A stretch of DNA of 64,000 nucleotides from Mobula hypostoma (Eukaryota). Made by a program: the position numbers and the translations under genes. How positions within the stretch are numbered: the first letter of the stretch is position 1; the number at the start of each line of letters is the position of its first letter. Shown here piece after piece: positions 50,815 through 61,696 of this stretch. The stretch spans positions 18,476,001-18,540,000 of the forward strand of contig NC_086106.1 of assembly GCF_963921235.1 (NCBI RefSeq), in the 5' to 3' direction. Under the pieces are notes generated by a model, which saw only the letters and a program-made list of their open reading frames with translations, did not search any database and was not told where the DNA came from.

Positions 50815-53800
50815 TTAAAACCATAAGATATAGCAGTAGAATTAGGCCATTTTGGCCCATCAAGTCTGCTTCACCATTTCATCATGGCTGATCCACTTTC
50901 CCTCTCAGTCCCAATCTCCTGCCTTCTCCCTGTATCCTGTCATGCCCTGACTAATCAAGAATCTATCAACCTCTGCCTTGAATATACCTAAAGAATTGGC
51001 CTCCACAGCTGCATGTGGCAGCAACTTCCACAGATTCATCACTCTCTGCTGAAAAAAAATTTGTCCTGATATCCTTTCTAAAACAGGCCCCTCAATTTTG
51101 ATGCTGTGCTCTCTGGTCATAGACTCTTCCACCATGAGAAGCATCCTCTCTATATCCACTCTATCAAGGCCTTTCAACATTTGATCAGTTTCAATAATGT
51201 CAGCCTTTATTCTTCTGAATTCCACTGAGCACAGGCCCAAAGCCATCAAACGGTCTTCATATGACATGCTTTCAATTCTGGAATCATTTACATGAATTCC
51301 TTTGAACCCCCTCCAATGTCAGCACATCCTTTCTTAGATAAGGGGGCCAAAATTGCTCACAGTAGTCAAAGTGAGGCCTTACCAGTGCTTTCGAAAGCTT
51401 CAATATTACATCCTTGCATTTATCTTGTAGTCCTCTTGAAATTAATGCTGACATCACATTTGCCTTCCTCACCACTGACTCAACCTGCAAATTAACCTTC
51501 AGGGAATCCCACACAAGGACTCCCAAGTCCATTTGCACCTCAGATTTTTGAATTTTCTCTCTATTTAGAAAATAGTCTATGATTTACTTTTACGAGTTCC
51601 TTTACTTTTAACTCTGGTTCATTGCACAACCCCCAATGCAGAATAGCTAATTGCCTGGTGGGCTCAATCACCAGCTGCTCTGAAAAAACAAGCTCGTAAG
51701 CATTCTACAAATTCCTTCCCTTGGTATCCGGCACCTTAATGATTTAGTACAGCACAGGCTGTTCAGCCCACAATGTTGTGCTAAACCAGCTATAAAGCAA
51801 ATCAAAACCATCCAGACATCAATCCCTCCTACTTACACCATGTGCATAGCCCTCCTACTTCCTTACAACAACTGAGAAAGAGATACTCTCTGTCCACTCA
51901 TATGCCTCTCATAATCTTGTACACCTCTATCTGATGCTCAGAGGAAACAAACCAAGTTTATCCAGCCTCTCATGATAGCACATGCCCTCTAAACCAGGCA
52001 GCGTCCTGGTAAACCTCTTCTGCAACCTCTCCAAAGCCTCAGCATATTTCCTATAGTGGGCCAACCTGAACTCTACGCAATACTCCAGATGTGATCAAAC
52101 CAGGCTTTTATAAAGTTGCAAAATAACGTCCCGACCTTTGAATTCAATGCCGCAACTAATACAAGCAAGCCTTCTGCAAATCTTGTTAAGCCCCTTATTG
52201 AACTGTGTAGCCATTTTCAAGGAGATTGAACTTGGATCACAAGATCTCTCTGCTCAGCAACACTGTTAAGAACCTTGCCCTTAAAGGTGTGCCCTTGTTC
52301 CCTTCATAAACAGAGGTACAATATTAGTTCTGATGACTTATGCATCTTAATTCGGAGCAGGAAGGCTGCCAGTGAACGGCTAAGGATTTCTGGAGCGAAG
52401 GCATTTTGCTACTCGGGGTAGGAGGCAAGACTGCGCAAGCGCATGACATCAACCAGTAGAGTAGGAAAAGTTCAAAAAGAAGTCTGCCATATTCAGTGGG
52501 CAGCATTCAGAGCAGGCAACGGAGTGAGAAGTAGCAGAGTGAGAGGGCTTTAGCTCAATGGGCTTAGGCAGTAGCGAGGCAAGGTGGGTTTACCTGTGCT
52601 CATAGCGGAAAGGAAGTATGTGTGTGAGGCTGGTGTTCTGTGCTCGGTGTCAGATGTGGGAGGTCCTGGAGTCTCCTAGTCTCCTAGACAGCCATATCTG
52701 CACCCAGTGTGTCAAGCTGCAGCTCCTAAGGGACCGCATTAGGGAACTGGAGATGCAGCTCGATGACCTTCGTCTGGTCAGGGAGAGTGAGGAGGTGATA
52801 GAGAGGAGTTACAGGCAGGGGGTCACACTGGGGCCACGGGACACAGACAAGTGGGTAACAGTTAGGAGAGGGAAGAGGAAGAGTCAGGTACTAGAGAGTA
52901 CCCCTGTGGCTGTACCCCTTGACAATAAGTACTCCTGTTTGAGTACTGTTGGGGGGGACAGCTTACCTGGGGGAAGCAACAGTGGCTGTGCCTCTGGCAC
53001 AGAGTCCGGCCCTGTGGCTCAGAAGGGGAGGGAAAGGAAGAGAACGGCAGTCATGATAGGGGACTCTATAGTTAGGGGGTCAGACAGGCGATTCTGTGGA
53101 TGCAGGAAAGAAACTTGGATGGTAGTTTGCTTCCCAGGTGCCAGGATCCAGGATGTTTCAGATCACGTCCAAGGTATCCTGCAGTGGGAGAGAGAACAGC
53201 CAGAGGTCGTGGTACATATTGGTACCAATGACATGGGTAGGAAAAGGGAAGAGGTCCTGAAAAAAAGACTACAGGGAGTTAGGCTGTATTTGATTTGGTA
53301 TTGGGAAATGAACCTGGTCAGGTGTCAGATCTCTCAGTGGGAGAGCATTTTGGAGGTAGTGATCATAATTCTATCTCCTTTACAATAGCATTGGAGGGAA
53401 ATAGGAACAGACAAGTTAGAAAAGCGTTTAATTGGAGTAAGGGGAATTATGAGGCTATCAGGCAGGAAATTGGAAGCTTGAATTGGGAACAGATGTTCTC
53501 AGGGAAAAGTACAGAAGAAATGTGGCAAATGTTCAGGGGATATTTGTGTGGAGTTCTGCATAGGTACATTCCAATGAGACAGGGAAGTTATGGTAGGGTA
53601 CAGGAACCATGGTGCACAAAGGCTGTAATAAATCTAGTCAAGAAGAAAAGAAAAGCTTACAAAAGGTTCAGAGAGCTAGGTAATGTTAGAGATCTAGAAG
53701 ATTACAATGCTAACAGGAAGGAGCTTAAAAAGGAAATTATGAGAGCCAGAAAGGGCCATGAGAAGGTCTTGGCAGGCAGAATTAAGGAAAACCCCAAGGC

Positions 53801-56800
53801 ATTCTACAAGTATGTAAAGAGCAAGAGGCTAAGATGTGAAAGAATAGGACCTATCAAGTGTGACAGTGGGAAAGTGTGTACGGAACCGAAAGAAATAGCA
53901 GAGGTACTTAATGAATGCTTTACTTCAGTATTCACTATGGAAAAGGATCTTGGTAATTGTAGTGATGACTTGCAGCAGACTGAAAAGCCTGAGCATATAG
54001 ATATTAAGAAAGAGGATGTGCTGGAGCTTTTGGAAAGCATCAAGTTGGATAAGTCGCCGGGACCGGATGAGATATACCCCAGGCTACTGTGGGAGGCGAG
54101 GGAGGAGATTGCTGAGCCTCTGGCGATGATCTTTGAATCGTCAATGGTGACGGGAGAGGTTCTGGAGGATTGGAGGGTTGCAAATGTTGTTCCTTTATTC
54201 AAGAAAGGGAGTAGAGATAGCCCAGGAAATTATAGACCAGTGAGTCTTATTTCAGTGGTTGGTAAGGTGATGGAGAAGGTCCTAAGAGGCAGGATTTTTG
54301 AACATTTGGAGAGATATAGTATGATTAGGAATAGTCAGCATGGCTTTGTCAAGGGCAGGTCGTGCCTTACAAGCCTGATTGAATTTTTTGAGGATATGAC
54401 TAAACACATTGATGAAGGAAGAGCAGTAGATGTAGCGTATATGGATTTCAGCAAGGCATTTGATAAGGTACCCCATGCCAGGCTTATTGAGAAAGTAAGG
54501 AGGCATGGAATCCAAGGGGACATTGCTTTGTGGATCCAGAACTGGCTTGCCCACAGAAGGCAAAGAGTGGTTGTAAATGGGTCATATTCTGCATGGAGGT
54601 TGGTGACCAGTGGTATGCCTCAGGGATATGTTCTGGGACTCCTACTCTTCGTGATTTTTATAAATGACCTGGATGAGGAAGTGGAGGGATGGGTTAGTAA
54701 GTTTACTGATGACACAAAGGTTGGTGGTGTTATGGATAGTGTGGAAGGCTGTCAGAGGTTACAGTGGGACATTGATAGGATGCAAAACTGGGCTGAGAAG
54801 TGGCAGATGGAGTTCAACCCAGATAAGTGTGAAGTGGTTCATTTTGGTAGGTCAAATATGATGGCAGAATATAGTAGTAATGGTAAGACTCTTGGCAGGG
54901 TGGAGGATCAGAGGGATCTTGGGGTCCAAGTCCATAGGATGCTCAAAGCAGCTGCCCAGGTTGACTCTGTGGTTAAGAAGGCATACAGTGGTTAAGAAGC
55001 CTTCATTAATCATCAAATTGAATTTAGGAGCTGAGAGGTAATGTTGGACCCTGGTCAGACCCCACTTGGAGTACTGTGCTCAGTTCTGTTCGCCTCACTC
55101 CAGGAAGGATGTGGAAGCCATAGAAAGGGTGCAGAGGAGATTTACAAGGATGTTGCTTGGACTGGGGAGCATGCCTTATGAAAACAGATTGAGTGAACTC
55201 GGCCTTTTCTCCTTGGAGCGACGGAGGATGAGAGATGACCTGATAGAGGTGTATAAGATGATGAGAGGCATTGCCCGTGTGGATAGTCAGAGGCTTTTTC
55301 CCAGGGCTGAAATGGTTGCCACAAGAGGACACAGGTTTAAGGTGCTGGGGAGTAGGTACAGAGGAGATGGTATGTCTTTTTTATGCAGAGAGTTGTGAGT
55401 GCGTGTAATGGGCTACTGTCAACGGTGGTGGACGTGGATACGATAGACTCTTTTAAGAGACTTTTGGATAGGTACATGGAGCTTAGAAAAATAGAGGGCT
55501 ATGGGTAAGCCTAGTAATTTCCAAGTTAGGGACATGTTCAGCACAACTTTGTGGGCCAAAGGGCCTGTATTGTGCTGTAGGTTTTCTAAGTTTCTATGTT
55601 TCTATGTTAATCCCTTTACGGAGGCCCAATACTTCCTCCAACTTTACCTTGAAATGCCCGAATTTATTTGTACATTCAGCACTGATCTCTTGGTCATCCA
55701 CATCTTTTTCCTTTGTAAATACTGAAGCAAAGTACTCATTAAGTACCTCACTCACATTCTCTGCATCCAAGCAGATATTCCCCCCTTTATCATTAAGTGG
55801 TCCCACCCTTTCCCGAGTTATCCTCTTACCCTTGATATATGTATAGAATGCCTTGGGATTCACCTTAATCTAACTTGCCAAGGACTTTTCATAGCCCCTG
55901 CTGGCTTTCCTAATTTCCTTTAGTTCCTTTCTAGCTTCTTTATACCCCTAATGTGCTTTGTTTGATTCAACCTTTACATTCTTGATCTTTTTCTTCTTGA
56001 CTAAACTCATCACCTCTCTGAACATCCAGGGTTCTCTTATCTTTCCATCCCCATCCTTCCTTCTGACAGGAACATACTTTTCCTGTACTCTGTGCAATTG
56101 CTCTTTAAATACCTTCCACATGTCTGATGTGAACTTGCCAGAGAAAAGGTGTTTACAATTAACAATTCTTGGTTCCTGCCGAATGCCCTTGTAAATTGCC
56201 CTATGCCAATTTAAAATTGTTCCACAAGGATAATACCTATCCTTGTCAATAGTTATCCTGAAAGTTAATGAGTTGTCACTCTTCCCTTACTGTTCACCCA
56301 GTGAAAGGTCAGTCACCTGGCCAGGCTCATTCTCCAGTACCAGGAGCAGTATGGCCCCTCCTTTCATTGGACCATACACATATTGATTTGAGAAACCTTC
56401 CTGGATGCACTTAACAAATTCAGCCCGATCAGAATCCCTTAAACTCTCCCATGTAGCATCAGCAAATCTTGAAGCCAGGTTAATGGTTCCCCAGCAGTTC
56501 AGGTGCAATCCATCTCAATCAACCTGCAGACTGAAATTCCCATTGATTATCTTAACATTGCACTTTTGACATGCATCTTCCGTCTCCCATTGTAATTTGT
56601 AGACCACATATTTGTTATACTATTTGCAGGTCTGTTTCTAATTCCCATCAGGGACTTTCACCCTTGCAAATCCTTAGCTCTACCTAGAACAGTTCTATAC
56701 CATCTGATCCTATGTCACCTCTTTCTAATCATTTAATTTAATATTTTACCAACACAGCCACACCACACCTTCGGCCTACCTCCCTGTCCTTTTGATACAA

Positions 56801-57245
56801 TATGTATCCTTGGACATCAAGCTCCCAGTTATACAGTAATCTTCTTTCAGCCACAATTCAGTGATACCCACAATGTCATACATGCCAATCTGTAGCTGTG
56901 TTACAAGTTCATCTAGCATAGTGTATTCCGTATACTATGTGCGTTCAGATATAACACCTTCAGTCCTGTGTTTATCACAATTCAAAATTTTGTCTCCCTT
57001 TTACATTGTAACTCATCCCGTTGACGGCAATTTTACCCGAACATCAGCTTCTTCTTGCTAGCAGTCTCACTACACACTGCTTCTGTTTGTAAACCAACAA
57101 CTTGATCCTCAACCCTTTCACTTCATTTCCCATCCCCCTGCCAAATTTGTTCCAACCCTTCTGAACAGCTCTAGCAAACTGGTCTGCAAACCTATTTGCC
57201 TCCATCGATTCAGGTGTAACCTGTCCCTTTTCTACAGGTCATAAC
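50815..57245 (-). mobile_element. Composite CR1 copy B: outer CR1 (50815-51735, 56513-57245) with the same second CR1 family nested at 51736-56512
   Basis: Same junctions as copy A: ...ggtatccggcacc| then inner tail (51735), and gtgcaatccatc|tcaatcaacctgcagactgaaattccc (about 56512). Confidence 0.75.
52352..55608 (+). mobile_element. CR1 retaining 5' UTR, esterase start, RT and 3' tail, but with most of the APE endonuclease deleted
   Basis: ORF 52618-53388 (C..C, HIC..C, VMIGDS, FPGA, VHIGTND) joins directly at about 53285 to LDLVLGNEPGQV; open 566-aa ORF at 53295-54995; TTTCTATG tail. Confidence 0.92.
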
Positions 57246-57437
57246 TTCTGCTTATCAAGGCCCAGAGTCTTCGAGTAAAGAGGAAAGGTGTAAAGTTCCC
57301 CGGGGTTGTGAAGGGCTTCAGACTGCATTGTCTGTTGATTGTGCTGTCGTTGGGATTGCAGTGTCAGGGAATGCAATGTGAGTTAAGGAAGGTGAAAGTT
57401 TGGGTTTCATGGGAGTCTTTGTTAGTCACTTGGTTAC

Positions 57438-57580
57438 CTTGATAACGGTGACGAAGGTGCTGTAGAGGAAACTGATGATGAACAGAATGGCAAAGGCAGC
57501 AACTGTAAGCACATTGTCATCTCCATCCACGTGTCCCTGTTCTTCCTTCCCCTCCTCTCCTGTCATGTCTGTGCAGATTC
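57438..57580 (-). CDS. IgW: Ig heavy-chain TM1 exon
   Basis: Acceptor ctttctcaattctttcag|GA (phase 1). Encodes (G)ICTDMTGEEGKEEQGHVDGDDNVLTVAAFAILFIISFLYSTFVTVIK: acidic spacer, hydrophobic helix with the antigen-receptor F..S..YST.VT pattern, then donor AAG|GTAACC. Read-through gives VTK* (stop 57426-57428). Confidence 0.92.
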
Positions 57581-58792
57581 CTGAAAGAATTGAGAAAGTG
57601 AGACTGTTAGTTTCTTGTCGATGTTTCTTGAAGATCAACATGGCAATAAACTTGAGTAAACTTGATGACTCAAGTCATGTTTCCCCACAGCATGTCATTT
57701 GTAACCAGGGAGCAGCTGGATAGAACTAAATTAACTAGTTTCTCCGAATCGACTATGTTCGCTCCGCTAAAAATATTGACCAGATATTCACTTAGCGTTC
57801 ATTAAACATCATCCCAACATGTAATTTACTCTGGGGAGTGCAGGTATGTTCAGCAGTCCCTCCAAGACAGTTTGTCCAAAGACCTGGAGTTGGTTCCTGC
57901 GTATTCATTTCATTGATTATTATCTCTGCAGTTAAAGCCTTTCAGATGCTGACAGATCTGCCAGCCTTGTGTGAGTGGCAAAGTTTGTCATGTGTGTTTC
58001 TGCCCAATATCTAAACCATGAATAAATCTAGTGAATAGTGTCAGCACTGAACACATTGCTGCAGGTCACAGGGCATCACTGTCTACATATTGTCCCTTCT
58101 TTCTGTAACTCTCCACTTTCTGAATGAGATCACCAAATGTCTTCACAAAGTTGATGAAATACCTTTCCCTGTCAATTACCTTTGTATATTTGAAACTGCG
58201 GACCAATCCAGAATGTTCTGTCATCTGTACCGTAGAAACTAGAATACACATACACCTATACCCATTTGAATGTCTGTCTGCCTGTCTATATAATGAAGGA
58301 CAGAACCAACCAGGCAACACTTCCAGCCCCTCATGTTTGAGTCACACAGTTGTATCCCAAAACATACCGGCACGGAACACTGGCAGCCGAATGCTTTCCA
58401 TACCTTCTTTATTGAACTTTGATTACACAAACACAGGCTGACATTCAACCTCTCATGTAGTCTACACAAGTTTCCAACAGGATCAGACCTGACATTAGGA
58501 AGTTTTTAAAAAAACTGCAGGATCTCAGAAATGTTAGTAATTTATTTTGATGTATTTAATCATGGAAATATATATTTCCATTTTGAGCTAATGAGAAAGG
58601 ACTTGCAGGTAACCTTGCTTATTTCAGGGAGGTAAACCACATTGTTGTAGGATCAGCCACCAACTGGAGGTTGACCAGTGGGGTAGTTGGCCACAGGAAT
58701 CTCTGCTGCAAAGAACTCAGTGACCTGACACTTGTCCTTTTATCTGATGAGGAAGTGTAGCTTTAGAGGGTTCCTACTGGAAATGGACTTTT

Positions 58793-58949
58793 TTTATTCA
58801 TCTGAAGTTTTCCTGGAATATTCTGCTCTTACACCATTCAGGCTAATATTTACACCAGGAGTGATCTCTCCACATCTAAAATGTAAAGGCTTTTTACTTT
58901 TGGAAATGAAAGAGAAATTGTGGAAAGTGTTCAGTGGGTTAGAGAACAC
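58793..58949 (-). CDS. Candidate minimal secretory terminal exon after CH4 (G-V-L-stop, 3' UTR, AATAAA)
   Basis: Strong acceptor ttatccctttctctgtttacag|GT GTT CTC TAA (phase 1; stop 58939-58941); AATAAA at 58793-58798. Confidence 0.5.
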
Positions 58950-59419
58950 CTGTAAACAGAGAAAGGGATAACATTGAGATAGCATCACAAGTGTACTCTG
59001 TCCCATTGCTTCAGCACTAGTTCTGTGCCTGGCTGAGTACTGTGCATCTCTCTGGTTTACTGGAACTCAACAACTGTCTGGTGTCCAGTTACATTCCACA
59101 ATGCCTGCTCCAGTGGAACTGAGTTCCTCCAGTTCTGCTGACAGACAGACTTGCTTCATGTTTCTGAGACGCTGGTGTGCAAACATTGACCCTGCAGTCA
59201 TTATTTCATCAGTCCCTCACTGACAAGGCCGGCATTCCTTGCTCTGCTCCAGCAGGCCCATCACAGAGCAGTGAAGAGTTTGGTGTGGGACTGATGGATA
59301 CGGGTAAACAGGGTAGGAAGGGCAGTGTCCTTCACCAAAGAACATCAGTGAAATAGTTTGTAATCTAAAACTAGAATCCGGCACAGTCACCTCTGGTTAT
59401 GTGTTCACGCCATTGTCCT

Positions 59420-59550
59420 GAGGCTTGGGAACAGACTGTAGGTCAATGATCCTGGTACTAGTACTGAGGGAGTGCTGCACTCTCGCACATCTGTCTGAGA
59501 TGTGACAGAGGGGCCCAGATGGGCACTTACTGATGGACAGACAGACCTTG
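59420..59550 (+). repeat. Deu-domain SINE relic in the CH4-TM1 intron
   Basis: Core AGTACTGAGGGAGTGCTGCACT (59460-59481), typical of DeuSINE-family elements. Confidence 0.65.
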
Positions 59551-59749
59551 TGTTGGTAGTTGGGAAGAGAGTCAAGTTTTGAAAGCATCGGATGAACTCT
59601 GATTCTTTCCCACTCTCTGCCTCTGCATTATTAATCCACTCACACAACTACAACAATGCCAGACTTGCCGTTACCTATTGACCTTGCTTGTCCCTGGGTT
59701 GTGACTGTGGCAGAGGATGTCAACAGTGGAGTGAATCTCAGAATCATAC

Positions 59750-60073
59750 CTTGAATGTTTTTCACATCCTGCCTGACACTGGTGTTGGAGGGGGGATGAG
59801 ACACTGTGCATCTGAAAACTGAGCCTTCCTTCCACTCCTCTGTGCTCACAGTCAGGACGTAGCTGGCAATGAAAGTCCCTGCCTGTTCCAGAGCAGTTGG
59901 TCTCACACTGATGTTGGAGGAGATCAGAGAGTAGCCTTTCTCCCAGGTGGCGGTTATTTGGTCCGGGTAGAATCCAGAGGCAACACACTCGAGGGTGACC
60001 GTGTTCCCACTGTTGGTCCCTCCCTCTGGCGGTGGCAGCAGTCTGACTTTGGGACTTTTTGTCTCCAGTGGAA
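59750..60073 (-). CDS. IgW: Ig heavy-chain constant domain, homologous to IgW CH4 / IgNAR C3
   Basis: Phase-1 exon cag|TTCCACTG...CAAG|GTATGA, 324 nt, open. (V)PLETKSPKVRLLPP...TLECVASGFYPDQITATWEK...PTALEQ..TF...LTVSTEEWKEGSVFRCTVSHPPS...KNIQ; canonical C, W, C. Confidence 0.93.
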
Positions 60074-60156
60074 CTGATGGGCAAACAGTGGAAATGTCAA
60101 ACATTTTTACTGAGGTAACCAACGTTGTCCATTTTAATCGCTGACCTCTTGCCCAC

Positions 60157-60459
60157 CTTTGGTACTTTTTGTCCGTGCTGATACTGGTGAGGTTGCAGAA
60201 GGTTGTTGGGCAGAGCAAGTGTACTCCACCCCACTGGTCCACTCCTCCACACTGGTCTGGAGTTGGCTGATCACTGTATCTTGGGTTCCTTCCTCTCTTG
60301 GTTTTTTGGTCACATTTGCTTTGATTTTCTCCCTCTCGTTCACCTTCCAGTGGATTTGGACCTGGCTCAGATCAGCACCCACAATCATACACACCAGAGT
60401 AGCGGTCTGCTTGATCCACATCTCTTCAATGGAGGGATTTTGGATAAAGACAGACAACT
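60157..60459 (-). CDS. IgW: Ig heavy-chain constant domain, homologous to IgW CH3 / IgNAR C2
   Basis: Phase-1 exon ctacag|AGTTG...AAAG|GTGGGC, 303 nt, open. (E)LSVFIQNPSIEEMWIKQTATLVCMI...IHWKVN...ISQLQTSVEEWTSGVEYTCSA; 83-nt intron to CH4. Confidence 0.93.
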
Positions 60460-60643
60460 CTGTAGATTAGAAATAGAAAACTTACAAACTGGACAATATC
60501 TATTGTCAGCTGGCTTGACAACTTCAGCTCAGACTTATCCTGAAGCTCAATTTGTACATAATTGTACAATGGGGTGAAATCAGGTTTGTCTGCAGAGTGG
60601 GTTTGCTCATCTCTGTTTACAACCTTTGACTGAGAAAACAAAA

Positions 60644-60762
60644 TCAAACATCAAGGAGCTTCTTTCCTTGGGACCCAGTTGGGTCACAACAGGGACTACA
60701 GGACAGTTGCCCAGCTACGTGACATTTAGCTGCTGCAATGCCAATCAAATGCACTATCAGAG
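60644..60762 (-). CDS. IgW: Cys-rich secretory-tail exon of the short IgW form (expected to follow CH2)
   Basis: Acceptor ctctcattgcaattcacag|CT (phase 1). Encodes (A)LIVHLIGIAAAKCHVAGQLSCSPCCDPTGSQGKKLLDV* with 4 Cys. Its position just upstream of CH3 fits the known short IgW Cys-rich tail. Only a variant signal AATAGA (60499-60504) follows. Confidence 0.65.
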
Positions 60763-60949
60763 CTGTGAATTGCAATGAGAGATGCAGTTTCTCATGAAAG
60801 ACGACATTTCCTGAAATCTTCTTGTCTCGGAGCATGTGAGAGCCTGTAGATCCATTTGTGACATTGAGCTGAATCAATGAGCTGCCTCATATCTGTTAGG
60901 ACTGAGCCTGGGATTCCTCCAGAATGAAAATTCTGATGCTGACTTTCGA

Positions 60950-61200
60950 ATCTCCCATGAAAAATCTCTCTTTTCATTCCTGTAACTTGCCTGCCCCAGT
61001 CAATGATCTCACTTTGTTCCAGTTGTCCTGTTCACTTCATCTATTTCCATCTCTACACTTTAAACCTCCCTGTCGTTCTATTTCCTGTGGAGTCTGCTTT
61101 TCATTTGATGGACACTCATAGACATGGCTTTGTGTCCCATCATCCACATCATTAGTAATATCAGTGAATAGTTGCAGGGCCGACAAAGATCATTGCAGGA
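60950..61200 (-). mobile_element. Old CR1 RT relic
   Basis: Degenerate VLGPQLFT...DVDDGT...KADSTG pattern on the minus strand. Confidence 0.5.
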
Positions 61201-61696
61201 CACTGCTCACGATTAAGTCCTGCTGGGTTCAGTCCCCTGTCACATGACACAGTGATAATGGAGTTGTTGATGAATGATTGCAAACAATTTCAGTCCATTC
61301 GTCCACAGCAGATCCAGGCATGGTGTGGGGCAGCCACCTCAGGCCAACATCGGGCAGTCACTGGAAGAGCTGAGCGCCGTGATCAGTAAACACGAAATAG
61401 CACACCTGGATTTGAACCAGGACATCTTGAGGAAGTCTCTGAACAATGGCCACTAACATATCTCCTGTGGAACCAGAGGAGCCAACACTTGACCACTGTG
61501 ATACCACCATCAACAACGGTTACCGTGCCAGCACATGGCCACACTTTGGTAAGGCCGATCACCTGGCTGTACTTCAACTCCCGGCTCATAGGCAGAGACT
61601 AAAGACCACAGTGCTGGTAGTGAGGACCAAGAAGATATGGTCAAGGAAGGCAGAACTGCGCCTACAGGACTTTTGAGTTGGTGAACTGGATGATAT

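Noticed and set aside
52345-55611. TTAAT as TSD of the plus-strand CR1
   Set aside because: Short and AT-rich, and the left flank does not continue the host sequence cleanly.
59397-59588. Cys-containing ORF (…CLSISKCPSGPLCHISDRC…) as a frameshifted second secretory tail
   Set aside because: It is out of phase with the CH4 donor, and most of it is the antisense strand of a Deu-type SINE.
60780-61260. Possible degenerate CH2 exon upstream of the Cys-rich tail
   Set aside because: No C-W-C pattern in any frame; 60950-61200 reads as an old CR1 RT relic. CH1 and CH2 must lie beyond 64000.
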